Of a DNA stretch of 64,000 bases, positions 25,047-38,599 are shown one piece after another. Position 1 is the stretch's first letter, and each line of letters begins with the position of its first letter. Source of the stretch: Curvularia clavata (lineage: Eukaryota); NCBI GenBank assembly GCA_023920165.1, contig CP089274.1, positions 5,022,001 to 5,086,000 of the forward strand, read 5' to 3'. A program made the translations under genes and the position numbers. The notes under the pieces were generated by a model. It saw nothing but the letters and a program-made list of their open reading frames with translations, was not told the origin of the DNA and ran no database searches.

Positions 25047-26098
25047 ATTACTACCAACATGTCTTCATTGCACTGACGTCTGATACGAGCTCGAGCCGAC
25101 ATGGCTGCGGGCGAGGAATGGTAATGGGATAACGATGACGGGTCTTCAAGTTTGGGTTTGCATGCCTTGTATACCATTGAAAACAAAATAATACAACTAC
25201 TTAATATCTATGATTTTTCTTGTTCCTTTGATCCCATGACACGTTGAGATGTGTTAGTTGAGTGTAAATGTGTTGGTTGATTGATTACCCCAACTTACAT
25301 TTCTTCCCTTCCAACTCTACGTTTGCGCCTATGAATTATCCTTTTTTCTCGCGTCCCTCCTAGGTGCCGTATAGATGAGGGTTTTTTTAGGATCGCCCGA
25401 TTTTCCGCCAGCTCCCTTGTGCGGTTTTGAGCGAGCGGGTTTATCCGACTATTTCAATACACCAAGAGACCAAGACCGACATCCGACCCAAGAATTTAGA
25501 TCGCTGTAATGCACAACTCACAGTCAGACTCATACCGTCTTGTGCGGTAGGATGTATATAAGACTGTTTACATATTTCTATCTACATTGTATCTTTGGGA
25601 GCTGAAAAGCGCGTTTTGCCAGAGTTGGTGGGTAGCTGTAATGTTGTGGTAGGGGCAGTTTCTGTTCGACTATGTTGGTACACCAAGAATTAGTGTAGCA
25701 ACGCTCCCTCATTCTAGAAATATGCATTGTCAGGTTCAGCCTTCTATACTTCGTGGAATGGGCCAGGAACAGATAAGAAGTGTAACACAGACACGTAACA
25801 GCACGCTGTCATCTGAGGTATATTTTCTTGCACCAATGAGCGTGAAGCAATGTCTCCTGCTAACCAAGCAATATCTTCATGAAAAGAGCCCACCCACCTA
25901 GGCCGTAGGAATTTGAAGCAATCCTAGACTTAGCTACTATCCTATTAGTGAAGCTGTACCTGGTGGATACGGTATACGGCGGCACGCGGATCGACGTCAG
26001 TGGCCTAAGCTCCGAAAGTGGGCTGTCCGCAACACCAAGCCTCCCGCATCTTCGGCCACGACACCCAAGATGCCGAACCGGGCGCCGCCAGCACGAGT

Positions 26099-29000
26099 AT
26101 GGCCACCGTGAAGCGCAGAGACCTTATTCTTGCAGCCGTCGCAGTATTCATCGCCTGGGGCTATTTGACCCACTGGCAGCCCAAGCTGCTCTACCTCCCC
26201 TACGCCTTTGTCACCGGAGCACTCGCGACGCTCGCACTGCTGGCATGGCTTACCTTCACGACCGCCTGGAACAAGGACCTGCGAAGCGGCGGCCAGGTCG
26301 ACTACGGCCCGCGCCATGTTGCCTTTGTTGCGCCAGACATGTGGAAGGCTGAGAGGGAAGCTCTGGACAAACGGAACATGTACATGATGGAACCGCTATA
26401 CCCCGCGTCCTTTATGATATCTGACAGTCTCGATGTCCTGATCGGCTTGATACTGCGCGATTTTGTGAAAGGCTGGTATGGAAACATCAGCAAGAGCCCC
26501 ACGTTCGTGCATGAAGTCGACAAGGCAGTGCGCGTGGCCATGGGAGAGATACGGGAACGGCTGCTGGCAGTGGATATGCTCGGGACAGTCGTGTCGCGCA
26601 TGATTCCCCTTATTACCGACCATTTGAAAGCATCATACGAGGCTGAGCGCGTCGTTCGAGGGCGCAAGCTGTCGCGCAATATTACAGATTCAGAGGAGCT
26701 TGACCTTGCCATCGCAGCTAAATATAAAGACGGCCGACTGCATCCTGCTGCATCGTTGGCGTATTCAAACACCAAGCCAATACAACAGCAGCATCTAAGG
26801 AGCATCGTCTCGCGACTCCTACCAAAGATTATGCCTGCCAACATGTCCACAAGTCCGGCTGTCAATGTACTCATCAAAGAGATCGTGGCCTGCGCAGTCC
26901 TGTCGCCCGTGATGCACATGCTCGCTGACCCTGATACGTGGAATCAACTCATGGAGGGTTATGTAAGGACTTTGCTGGTCTAGAGTTGAATGTTGCTAAC
27001 AGCCTCAGGGTCGGTCTTTGCTACAAGAACGAAAGACAGTCCGCAAGCTGCGAGCTGCCCTCGACGAACATGCCCCGCCCTCACAGAAACCATCCAAAAT
27101 TACGCAGTTCCCTAAGCTGGCACCTAGCGACAACGAGCGGAAATTCGAACGCTTTATGCGGGCAATTCAACAGACAAATACGCTCGCGGACGCCAGACGT
27201 TTTCGCAGTGAGGTCGCAAGCCAGTTACGCAAAGACTCCATAGTTGAAGGTCAAGACCCTGTTTATTTACGGCGTCTTGAGTCAGCACGTAATGTATTAG
27301 ATACAAAGGTTGCAACGCTCAGTGCCGGCGGATCAGTTCGAGCCAAAGTCGCAGCACAGGAAGCTCCAAAACACAAACGTTCGTCGTCCAGGTTCGCCAA
27401 CGCATCGTTGCGTGAAGTACTATATGATGCATCTGGTCTGTCCTGCTTCATGGAGTTCATGGATCAGGCAGACCTTATGCGGCTGGTGCAGTTTTGGATT
27501 GTTGTGGATGGATTTCGGAACCCATTAGAAGTAGAGACTGATGAAGGTCAAGACTACGTTGGCGCGCTTCCCACATGGAACGAGTCAGACCGTGCAGACC
27601 TGGCGCAGATCTATGAAGCATACTTGTCCAAGCCTGAACTCAAGATTCTCCCTGAAGCCCGTCGAGCGGTTGCAGAATTTCTCAAAGCCGGACGAAAAGC
27701 GACACCGCAACAGTATCACAATGCGCGACGTGCTGTTCTACGGGCGCAAACAGCCGCATATGAACAACTGCAAGAGCCGTATTTCCGAAGATTCAAGAAA
27801 TCCAACCTATACTACAAGTGGCTGGCCATGGATGAAGCAGCGAATGCTGACCGGAGCACTGGGACAATGAGGACTCAAGCGCAGCCACCTGACATTGCGC
27901 CCCCAACGGCACCATCTCGTACGCACTCGAGGCAAAACAGTTCATTACATACGCCGCAAGGGGATCTGCGTCGAGCAGCCGCCTCCTCTTCAGACCTTAA
28001 GAGCCAAGCATCAATTACAATCAACGAGCCACCTGCGCGACGTTCCTTGGACGTAGCGCCGTCAACAGCTAAGCGCGCACCTTTGTTCGACGATGAGTAT
28101 GACTCTGACCCACTTGCACACTCCACCGCAAGTTTGAATTCGGATTATGGACATGATCGAACTGGCGGCCACGATGCCCGAGTAGTTGATGCCATGCATG
28201 CTGCTCTAACAGACATCATGGATGAGCCTGAAGGTTCCATTTTCTATGAGCCAGGTTTAAAATCCCCCATAGACAATGACTCATTGCGAGGATCTCTTGA
28301 CTTGCCTCGAGCATTATCACCTAATCCTCAAGGACAGCAGAACAAAGATAGTCTGAAGCCGAGTATAGCATCGCTTGGTCTAGTCGGGGAGCCGAGAACC
28401 CGTGGTGTCTTTGACGATGATTTATTTGGTGACGAGCAAAAGTTTTTGGAAGATGAAGTTGAGGATCCAGTACCAAGCGAGAAAGCGGCCGACGAGGAGA
28501 TACACGAAGCTGCTCCCGGGGATCTAGGGTTAGCTGAAGCTATCGATGCACTCACTGCCGATATCGAGCGCCTAGTAACACAGGAGTCCATTGTGGATTC
28601 GCTAACGTCGAAGGCTGAGTTGACCAACAACGCCGCCGAGCTTAGAATCTTGCGCAAGTCTAAAGCTAGCTTGCAACGGGAGATCCAGCGGAAAGAACTT
28701 CAACGACAGCAGTACATTGTCCAAGAGAGTGACAACAGTTTGTACGGGCGTGCGAATGTGTTCATCCAGTCAATAATGGTGGGCACAGAAGAAGACGGCA
28801 AGGAGTACGCCATGTACGTTATCGAAGTCCGACGGCGCGCAGGCGATCAGATGCCTGCTGCAACTTGGGTCGTCTCGCGTCGATACAGTGAGTTTCACGA
28901 ACTGAACAAAAGACTCCGTGCAAAATTTCCTCAAGTTCGAAATCTTGAGTTTCCGCGCCGCCAGATGATGCTTAAGCTTCAAAAGGACTTTCTGCACAAA

Positions 29001-29919
29001 CGGCGGCTCGGTCTAGAGAAGTACCTGAGAGAGCTACTGCTTATCCCGGCAGTTTGTCGTAGCCGTGAGCTTCGAGCGTTCCTTTCTCAAGCTGCGATCA
29101 GCCCCGCCGATGCGCTCAAGAATCAGGATCCAAACTCGAATGATTTCGTCACCCGTATTTATAACTCTGTAGCAGATGGCATGGAAGAGTTCCTTGGTAA
29201 CATTCCTGTCCTCGACCAGCTTTCGGTGGCGGGCCAGAACCTCATTTCTGCTGCTACAACACAGCTCGCCAACACAAACGGCGCAACCGCACAACCTACA
29301 AGCCTTGCCTCTTCTGGTGTTTTAGTTGCGGGTGAGCCTAATCCTGACGCAGAAGCCGAAGCAGAATTACTGGCATTTGAGAACAAAGAGCTAGAGCCTT
29401 TTGTAAAGCCGATATGCGATCTGTTCTTGGAAACTTTCGAGCTGAATCGCGAGAACAACTGGCTTCGCGGTCGCGCTGTCGTCGTGGTCCTACACCAGCT
29501 CTTAGGCGGCACCATTGAACGCAAGGTCCGCGAATCCTTCAATAATCTGTTGTCTGAAATGAACATTGTCAAATACATTGACACATTGAAAGACAGCATG
29601 TGGCCAGACGGGCGAATGAAGGCCAGTGTAGAGCGAACGAGCCAGGAAAAAGAGAGGAGCAGAAAAGCAGCGAGTGACGTCCTCAGTACATTGGTGCCTG
29701 AATTGGCTAGCAGTGTCGTAGGGAGACAGAACGCACAATTGGCGGCAAAGAAATTGGAGGGAACTATCAATAATTCACGTTTGAAGTAAGTTTTTTTTAC
29801 GCACCATCCTTTTTGCCTGTACAGCTGTAATACTGACAACTCCATGTAGTACCCATCTTGCTTTTACGCTACTAGACGAGATGCTACAGGTGCTATTTCC
29901 TGATGTCTACATGAAGTAA
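26099..29919 (+). CDS. PXA-RGS-PX-nexin C sorting nexin (Mdm1/SNX13-like); 3 exons
   Basis: N-terminal TM segments, PXA (ILRDFVKGWYGNIS...ADPDTWNQ), RGS-like (FMEFMD...VQFWIVVDGFR), PX (VSRRYSEFHEL...RRLGLEKYL) and nexin-C (NWLRGRA...DSMWPDG). Introns at 26963-27008 and 29786-29849. Confidence 0.9.
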
Positions 29920-30163
29920 TGTGTATATGAATGTACAAGGGGAAGCATTGCATGGATGGCGTTGTATAAGTGCTAGAACTCATGTTGATCCTGTGTAGTG
30001 TTTCAGAAGATATAGTAGCTGTTCAACTTACAAGCATGTGTATAAGATGTGTTGAACTCAAAATCGTCATAATGTTCCCAATACGATACACGTTGTCACT
30101 GACTAAGGTTATGTCCCAAACTATTCATTGTGCGTCGTAAGAATCATGCCAAAACAGAGGATT

Positions 30164-33100
30164 CTACTCAGAATTACCCATAACACCTCTACCGAACCAC
30201 TCACTGATAACCGCAAACCCATCCTTGCCCCTCTTAAGAGCATCCTGGAAAAGATCATGCCTTTCTGCACTCTCCACCTGCGCACGTCTAATAGCCTTAA
30301 CCGTCGCGTTATTCGCACTGCAAATCGGGCATTCGACCTCCGCATCATGCACGTCCTCGTCTGTGCTCAGACAACTCTGGTGATAACTGTGCTTGCACAA
30401 AAAGTGCACAACAGGCAGCTCCAAGCTCTTCATGCAGACTTGACAGCGCGAGTTCTGGAAGACGGCAGGCTTGGTGTTGAGAGCCTCCAGCTCGGCTTTC
30501 TTGGCAGATGTATCGGAGCGGAACGTCTCAATGTTGCGGCGATTGGCGGCGATTTCGGCGCGCTCGCGTTCGATTGTCGTGCTGAGATATGTTTTTATCA
30601 TTCCCATTGTTGCAACGCCGTTGATGGAGAGGGTCTGGATGACCTGGAGCGGCGCCATGAGGCCGTCTTCATCGATCTTCTTGAGTACAGAGTCGAGTTC
30701 GTCACCTGCTTCTGCAAGAATTTCTGGTGTCGATGTGAAGTACGCAAGTGCGGCTGGATAGAGTGCTGGTTCCTCCGGACCGTATTTTCGCAGGGCGCGA
30801 ATCGCGCCTTGGGTGTCATTTGCTGCTGTATAGGAGCGGAAAATGTCAAAGTAGAGGCCTTGCTGCTCGCGGACAAGGATTGCTCCGTCGCGGAAGTTGG
30901 AGAGGTGGGAAAGTAACAACACGTTTGAGGTGTCGATGGGTATGTCCTTGCCTTCAACAAGCTTCTTAGCCTTATTCTCCCATTCTTGTCGCTCGCCGTC
31001 TTTCTTCGAGGATGCGGTGTGCAGGTACATCTCGAACAGTGTCGTGTAGAGATCGACCTTGTCATCTTCGCGAAGATCATCAGATGCAATGCACGCCTCA
31101 AGGAACACTATGAATTCCTGAGGGTGATCGACAAATGCCGAGAATGCAGTCCGGGGTTTCGGCACCTTGTATTCAGGAGCGGGCTCATCGGTGGTCGTCT
31201 CGATGATTTGGGCTTGGCTCATAGTCCCCTTCTGATCGCCGTTGGGAGGTGATGCCAACGCGTTGGTGTTCATGTAAGGTAAAGGAAGGAGTGCGGCAAG
31301 GTTCTGCACAGCACTGGATGCGACGCCGAGGCCCATACCCATGCCTTTCTCAGATGGAGGAGCATTGGGGATGACGATAGCATCCTGCTTTGGCCGAAAT
31401 TTGCCAGTATAGTAGTCGATGAACAGCTGGGTGGTGTCCTTCGGTAAGTGCTGCAGTAATACGGTAGCGTACTTCATAAGATTGAAATACGCCACTTCTG
31501 GTTCCAGTCGCCATATGTAAGCCAAGGCTTCTGCGTACCGCTTTGAATCTTCAATCAGAACATCCACGACCAGTTCATGCTCCCCATGCTTTCGGGCCAG
31601 GAAAGCTGCTTGGTCGTAGTAGCCTCCCTGTCGACACATCGAAATCGCTGTGTCGAGATCGAATTTCAGGTCGTCAGGCGACTTGATGAACTCTTCAAGC
31701 TTTTCTACATCCTTGAGCTTGGCATAACAATTCAAGAGAAGAGTAGTGTGGTCTGATGTCGCTTTGTGGTGATCATGGAGCTCTTCAAGATACTCTATCA
31801 AGTTATGAATTCGCTGCGTGTCAAGAAACTGATTTGTCCATTAGTCATGAGCCTGTTCGATGGCTGGTGTTTACATACCTTTCGGATTACCTGAGATGGC
31901 TCAGTGTTGTCAATGGCTTTGAGGTACTGCTGCATAGCAGTATCATAGTCTTGCTTGGAGTACAAGTAGTCGCCAAACTTGCGAAGGATGACATTCTGTT
32001 GAGAGGAGTCCAGGCCTGCCTTCTGGGCCAAGTTAATAGCCAGAACGTACAAGTTGCGTTGGTACAATATGTCAAGCTTCTGGGCAAAAGGTTTCTCATG
32101 ATATCTGAAGATCTAGATGCTGTTAGCTCTGAATGCTGGTACTATTTAGATAGCGTACCTTTCCGTCGATTGTGAAGACAAAAAGATCTCCCCATTCGGC
32201 GACGACGGCCTTGACTTGCGAGGTCAGTTGCTCCTGATGCGCAATGAATCTCAACTCTGTATTGAGGAGCGTGAAGCTGGAGGTGTTGAAGACATCGTCA
32301 GCGGCAGCGACACCAAAGGCTCGGAGAGGGTTGGTCCTGGGCATCGCATTCGACTTGGGAGGCGCGATGATGGCTATGTAGTCCTTGAACACGGAGATCA
32401 TCTTCTTCTCTCCTTCATACGTGTACGGTGGCCCGCGCCCATGCTGGCCATAATAGTAAATAGCATCGTTTCGCGCAACTACCACATCTCGTGTCGATTT
32501 GTCTACAGCCATGCAGCCCACCCCGCAACCGTACTCATCGAGGGATTTCGCGGGCTGACCTTGTCCCCTTCCAGATATTACGAGGGTCATGATGCGGCCA
32601 GTGGTTGCAATGTACAAGGTGGTAATATTGCCTTCCCGAAACTCGATACCCGTAATAGGTTCTTCGGATTCGAATACAGTCCGTTGACGCGCGCCGCGGT
32701 CGTGTATGAGGTCGCCACGTACGACGGTGACGGCACCATTTGCAAATCCGACTGCCAACTGAGACAGATCATCGAGTGCTGCGAATGCGGATATGGGGAA
32801 CTGCTTGCGTCCGTTGTGAATGGTGAGGGTGCTCTGGCATCGTGGAATGCCCGTCTTCTTCTCGAGTTTGTCCAGGGCCCAGACCTTCAGAACCGGCTCG
32901 TCAGAGAGGTCTTCGGCTATGGTGACGAGGAGAGAGGTGCCCTCGATTTGCTTCATGTGGGTAATTGAGCCTGCGTCATAGGCCTTGAAGGTGCGCACGA
33001 CCTTGAAGGCCTGCGACACGATGCGAACGACGCCATCTGCACCGCCGAAGAAGATGTTTTCCGATCCGGATACAATGCATGTGATGTCTCCAATCTACAA

Positions 33101-33287
33101 GTATTCATAAGATGGCGTCGGCGAAGAGGAGGCTGTCATCATACCTCGGACAGGAAAGAGCTCTCGTCGTCGGGGAGCTTGACTTGCGAGACGTCGAAGA
33201 AGCGGAACTGCCACTGCTCGCCTGTTAGCACCACCATTGCGCGATATGAAGAGCGAATGGTTGGACACGTACCGGAGTGACTGCCAT
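30164..33287 (-). CDS. VPS11: Vacuolar protein sorting protein 11 (HOPS/CORVET class C subunit); 5 exons including a 15-nt first exon
   Basis: MAVTP|WQFRFFD N-terminus, EPITG, EPSQVIRK|FLDTQRI, clathrin-repeat region HTTLLLNCYAKLKD, RING-H2 (CQVC...VHFLCKHSYHQSC...CPIC), C-terminal ISEWFGRG. Confidence 0.93.
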
Positions 33288-33804
33288 GCTGCTATCGCTC
33301 CATGCTCGCCGCTGCCTGTATGACAGGAGCTATCGTCACTCGCAACCCTGGTCGGGGAGGTACGGCCCACCTAGTGACCGTGCGCCTGCACCAATGAGCT
33401 TTCGCGCACGGCGGGTGGCTCAGCAGTGCTTGGCGCTCGCCCTGTTGATAGATAGTCTTGTGTTGCCTCGCGCTCCCTCTCCCCTTTCCTCATCTCACCA
33501 CACACACCCCCACCTCACAATTCGCTCATCGCATCTGCGCTCCATCAACCACAGGTCCATTCTGTAGCGCCACCCTCTCTGCAATTGCGCAAGCCCACTT
33601 GACTGCTTGACCCGCGAGTCTTACCATCCACGACGCGCCTGGCCCCAAACAGCGCGTTCTTTGTCTTCTCAGTCGCGCCTCCATCAAAGAGACCACTGCC
33701 CCTGCTACTCCAGTAGCTTTTTCATCGTCCGCCCGACATCAGCGCGCCTTTCCATCAACGCCCGCTCAGTCCCAAGTATAATCACTTCTCAACCACTCAT
33801 CAAC

Positions 33805-35302
33805 ATGTCTTCAAACAAGATGGAGCAGAGCCTCGACGACATTCTCAAGGCCTCCAAGACCTCGCGCCGCGGCCGCAACAACCGCCGCTCTGGTGCCGGA
33901 CGCCCTGCCGCCGCCGCCGCCCCTGTAGGCGGTGTCGTAAAGGCGACCAAGCAAGCCAAGCCAACCAAGGCTGCGCCAGCCGCGCCCGCCACTGTTCTCG
34001 GCGGCGAGACCAAGATCATGGTATCCAACTTGGTATGTTTTTTGCCCTCTTCGACGCGCTCGAACCATGCTAACGCGTACCAGCCAAGGGACATTGACCA
34101 AGCCCAACTCCAGGTATGTAAGACCGATGCAGGTCTTTGAGCCTAGTCTTCTCGCGTTTGCGAACACGTACGAGTGCCATCCGACAAACCGAGCCTATTC
34201 CCTTCGCCTTCGGTATGGATGTTGAGCCATGACTTGCCAAAAAATCGAACCATGATCTGTGTTGGGCACACAAGACTGGGACAAGATTAGCAGCATGCGA
34301 ACATTTTGAGCTACCGCAGCGACGAAAGTGGGAGATCCGTATTCCAAGCTACACTTTCCAAGTGGCAGCACAGACAGCTACGCTCCAGTGACTTTTTCCT
34401 GGATGCCACGCAGCAACTCAAGCCAGCCATCAGAGCAGCGAGACGAGAGCGCTGAGTACAGTCAATGATAGCCTTCAAGTTACCAGAGGGGCGTGGGCAG
34501 GCATCAGTCGACTATCTCGCAACGTTGTAACACGTTACTCGCAACAGCCGCTGCTGCGCTGAGTTAGCTTTGTCTTGCCGAACTTTGCGTTCAAGGCCCA
34601 AGATGAGGACTCCCACTTTCCGAGCGGTACTCACTACCGCGAACAACGAAATCGACGACTACCCACCGCCGACGCCGCACTCGCAGCCGATGTTGCCTCT
34701 ATTTATCGCGTACTCAACTCCTAGCACGACCACTAATACGCCTTGTAGGACTACTTTGCTTCAGCGATCAACGTAGGCCGGCCAAAGAAGGTTCTTCTCC
34801 AATACGATGCTACTGGCCGTAGCGTTGGAAGCGCCACCATCATCTTCAACAAGCACGAACAAGCCGCCAAGGCTACTGCTGCTCTTGATGGCGTCAAGAT
34901 TGACGGACGTCCGGTTCGCGTCGAGATGCTTGTCAGCCCTAGCGCAATCCCAGCTTCCGCACGTCCGGCTTCGCTCGCCGACCGCGTCACGTATGTACAA
35001 GCGCTTCACTTGAAATAGAACGTTGACTAACATGCACATGCAGCCAACCCAAGAAGGACAAGCCCAAGCCCGCTACCACAGAAAAGGCTGCCGCCGGTGC
35101 TACTCGTGGAAAGGGACAGACCCGTGGACGCGGAAAGGGCCGTGGCCGCGACCCACGTCCCAAGAAGAAGACTGTTGAAGAGCTGGATGCCGAGATGGCC
35201 GACTACTTCCCTGGAGGTGAAGCCAACAATGCTACCAGCAACACTGAGGTTGCTCAAGTCACCGCCGGCGGTGACACTGCCATGGACGATGAGATGCTTT
35301 AG
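33805..35302 (+). CDS. YRA1: mRNA export adaptor Yra1 (ALY/REF family); exons 33805-34032, 34084-34113, 34749-34990, 35044-35302
   Basis: REF-N box (MEQSLDDI), RRM (KIMVSNL|PRDIDQAQLQ|DYFAS...LQYDATGRSVGSATIIF...LDGVKIDGRPVRVE), RG-rich segment, REF-C box (KKTVEELDAEMADYF). Confidence 0.92.
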
Positions 35303-36087
35303 ACGCCATTCATACCGTCATTTCTCCCACCCCATTTACTGTTATGATTTAATTGAATATTGGTCGAAGTGTTTTCAACTTTCCCGGTAGTCGAGTTGGC
35401 TTTCACCTTTCTTTTCTCGGGAGCGTCTTATAAAAAAAAAATCGTCATACCCCGATAAGTCGGTTCGCTGCCAGGCCATGGTCAGCTCCAAATACAATTC
35501 GGCCTTTGTACACTGCTCATGGACGTCACGTTTTCGGCTCTCAAATTGTAATTCTGAGCCTCAGTAGCGACAATCAAGAATTTGCACAGATATGTATAGA
35601 CGGTTCTTGGTCCCTTGTGCCTTTTCTCGTGATGCTTGACACACACCAGGATCATCTTTACTCAGCCACCTGCACGACTGGTACGCACCCTCCGGATGGC
35701 AGGAACCATGTCAGTGGATCGATACGCTTCTCAATACACGTGTCCATTGGGTAGCGCGGTAAAATGGTCAGGCGTTCAGATCTTTCTGAAAAAGATGAGG
35801 TAGATCGTGGGCCATGTCGGCCAAAGCCGGGCGGAAACAAGCCGTTGCGGCAATAAGAGGCCCGGAACATGGCCGCGAGGGGAGACAGCATTGGAATAGT
35901 GCTTGTGGTGTGGAAGTTCCCAGTCAGCACCCCTCGATATCACACCACCATAGAACCACGCACTTGACAGTCGCAACCGCAGCTGACTGCGGCTCCCGTA
36001 CTTGAAGCATGGGCATTCGCGTAGGCACACCCATTCGTGCGAAAGGTGTTTTGCGCTATCTCGTTAGACCCGACTTTGTTGCATCTT

Positions 36088-36799
36088 CCCCGCCATCTAC
36101 TAGGCTGTGTGGAGGTCCGCGGCTAGCCTAGCTTCCGACAAAGGAAAGTCACCGCAAGTGGGCAAAAGGAGCGCTCGTCCGACGCTGCGTATGCGTATTC
36201 GGACAAGATGATTACAATTCTTCTGACGTCCATCCTTGGCGTCGCTAGAATATGCTCCGAGCCCTGTAGACCTTGTTAGTATAGCCTTGAAAGTGGACGG
36301 GAAGCAATAGTCAACGTGGCTCGGTGCTCTCTCCGAAACAAGGCGGACTTGCTGGGATGGACGATAGGAATACTGCTTGCGTCTTAGTGGAGGGGCGCTG
36401 TGGGGAGCTCTTGTGCTTGTGCAAGACGAGTGCGGTTACACAATACTCATGACGCTGGTCGAGATCCAAGCTGTCGCCATCAAGGTGGAGCCACGTCGGC
36501 TTGTTTTTTTCTCTGCACACCCAGACTGGTTGCGATCCTATGTCTATTCCGCATTAGAAAATCCAATACCACGTGTGGCGAGGTTAGTTGCGGCTTCGAC
36601 GACACCAACTGCGGGGGAGGGGTAACTTTCACTGGCAGCCAGAGCGGGGCATTAGCCCCCGCCGCTGAGTAACGCATTATCCACCCTTGCATCCCTGGCG
36701 CCCGCGATAGGCCACCGAGCTTTCCTTGGGACGGGCTCCTCATGACCGAGGCTGTGTCGACGGGCGATCGTGTAGCGATGGCTCTCGTTTTGGGTGGAG
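36088..36799. promoter_or_regulatory. Multiple SYGGRG (CreA/Mig1-type) motifs upstream of the aldehyde dehydrogenase
   Basis: Matches at 36088 (reverse), 36109, 36387, 36400, 36485, 36611, 36644, 36657 (reverse) and 36794. Confidence 0.4.
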
Positions 36800-36937
36800 G
36801 TGATTCCCTAGTGCCGCCATACTGGGTCCATACAAGTACTTAAGATTTCTCTTTGCCTCCATTACCCCTCCTTCAAACCCCCAACTTTCCCACGCCTCTT
36901 TCCTTCTTTCAGATACCCCAATTCGTTTTTCACAGCC

Positions 36938-38599
36938 ATGTCCGAGACTGTGGTAAAGCTGTCGACTCCCCAGACGGGCGAGTACGACCAGCCCACCGGC
37001 CTGTAAGTCGCGCTCCCAATCCCACGTCTCTCCTGGCACATGATAGCCCTGACAGGTGATATAGCTTCATCAACAACGAGTTCGTGAAGAGCGTCGACGG
37101 CAAGACCTTTGAGGTCATCAACCCTGCCACCGAGGAGGTCATCTGCCACGTCGCAGAGGCCACCGAGAAGGATGTTGATATCGCCGTTGCTGCCGCACGG
37201 AAGGCCTTCAATGGCCCGTGGAGGAAGGAGACACCAGAGAACCGTGGAAGGCTCCTCGTCAAGCTCTCTGAGCTCTTTGAGAAGAACGCCGACCTTCTCG
37301 CCTCTGTCGAGGCGCTCGACAACGGCAAGGCCTTCAACATGGCCAGGAACGTCGATCTCCCTGCTGCCATTGGATGCTTGAGGTACTACGGAGGATGGGC
37401 CGACAAGATCGAGGGCAAGGTTGTTGACACAACACCCGACACCTTCAACTACATCCGCAAGGAGCCTGTGAGTATGCCTCTGCTCGACCTTTTGGCCATA
37501 TAGCTAAACCCGTTAGATTGGTGTCTGCGGTCAGATCATTCCCTGGAACTTCCCTCTTCTGATGTGGTCTTGGAAGATTGGTCCTGCCATTGCCGCTGGT
37601 AACACAGTTGTCATCAAGACTGCTGAGCAGACTCCTCTGTCCGCATACGTCGCCGCCAGCCTCATCAAGGAGGCCGGCTTCCCACCAGGTGTCATTAACG
37701 TCATCACCGGTTTCGGTAAGATTGCTGGCGCTGCCATCGCCTCCCACATGGACGTTGACAAGGTTGCCTTCACTGGTTCCACCGTTGTCGGTCGTCAAAT
37801 CATGAAGGCTGCCGCCGGCTCAAACTTGAAGAAGGTCACTCTCGAGCTTGGAGGCAAGAGCCCCAACATTGTTTTTGCTGACGCTGATCTGGACGAGGCC
37901 CTTAACTGGGTCAACTTCGGTATCTACTTCAACCACGGCCAGACCTGCTGTGCCGGTTCGCGTATCTATGTCGAGGAGTCCATCTACGACAAGTTCATGG
38001 AGCGATTCAGGGAGCGTGCTGCTCAGAATAACGTCGGTGACCCATTCGCCAAGGACACTTTCCAGGGTCCTCAGGTTTCGAAGCTTCAGTTCGACCGTGT
38101 CATGAGGTAAGACTTGTGCCATTCAAGTATGTAAAACTTGACTAACGCCTATTTCAGCTACATTGAGGATGGCAAGAAGGCCGGTGCCACTGTCGAGACG
38201 GGTGGTAAGCGCAAGGGCGACAAGGGTTACTTCATCGAGCCCACCATCTTCTCCAACGTCACCGAGGACATGAAGATTCAGCAGGAAGAGATCTTCGGTC
38301 CTGTTTGCACCATCGCCAAGTTTAAGAGCAAGGAGGAGGTTATCAAGATTGGCAACTCGACCACCTACGGTCTCGCTGCCGCTGTTCACACCACCAACCT
38401 CAAGACTGCCATGGAGGTCGCCAATGCGCTCAAGGCAGGAACTGTCTGGGTCAACTCATACAACACTCTCCACTGGCAACTGCCATTCGGTGGTTACAAG
38501 GAGTCTGGTATTGGCCGTGAACTGGGTGAGGCGGCGCTGGAAAACTACATCCAGACCAAGACTGTGTCGATCCGTCTCGGTGACGTTCTCTTTGGTTAA
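36938..38599 (+). CDS. aldA: NAD-dependent aldehyde dehydrogenase (aldA/ALDH2-like); 4 exons
   Basis: [26 protein letters not shown], catalytic Glu motif LELGGKSP, catalytic Cys [29 protein letters not shown]. Confidence 0.93.

Noticed and set aside
30128..32968. Long + strand ORFs (30128-30916, 32216-32968)
   Set aside because: These are antisense shadows of VPS11 coding exons, with no recognisable domains.
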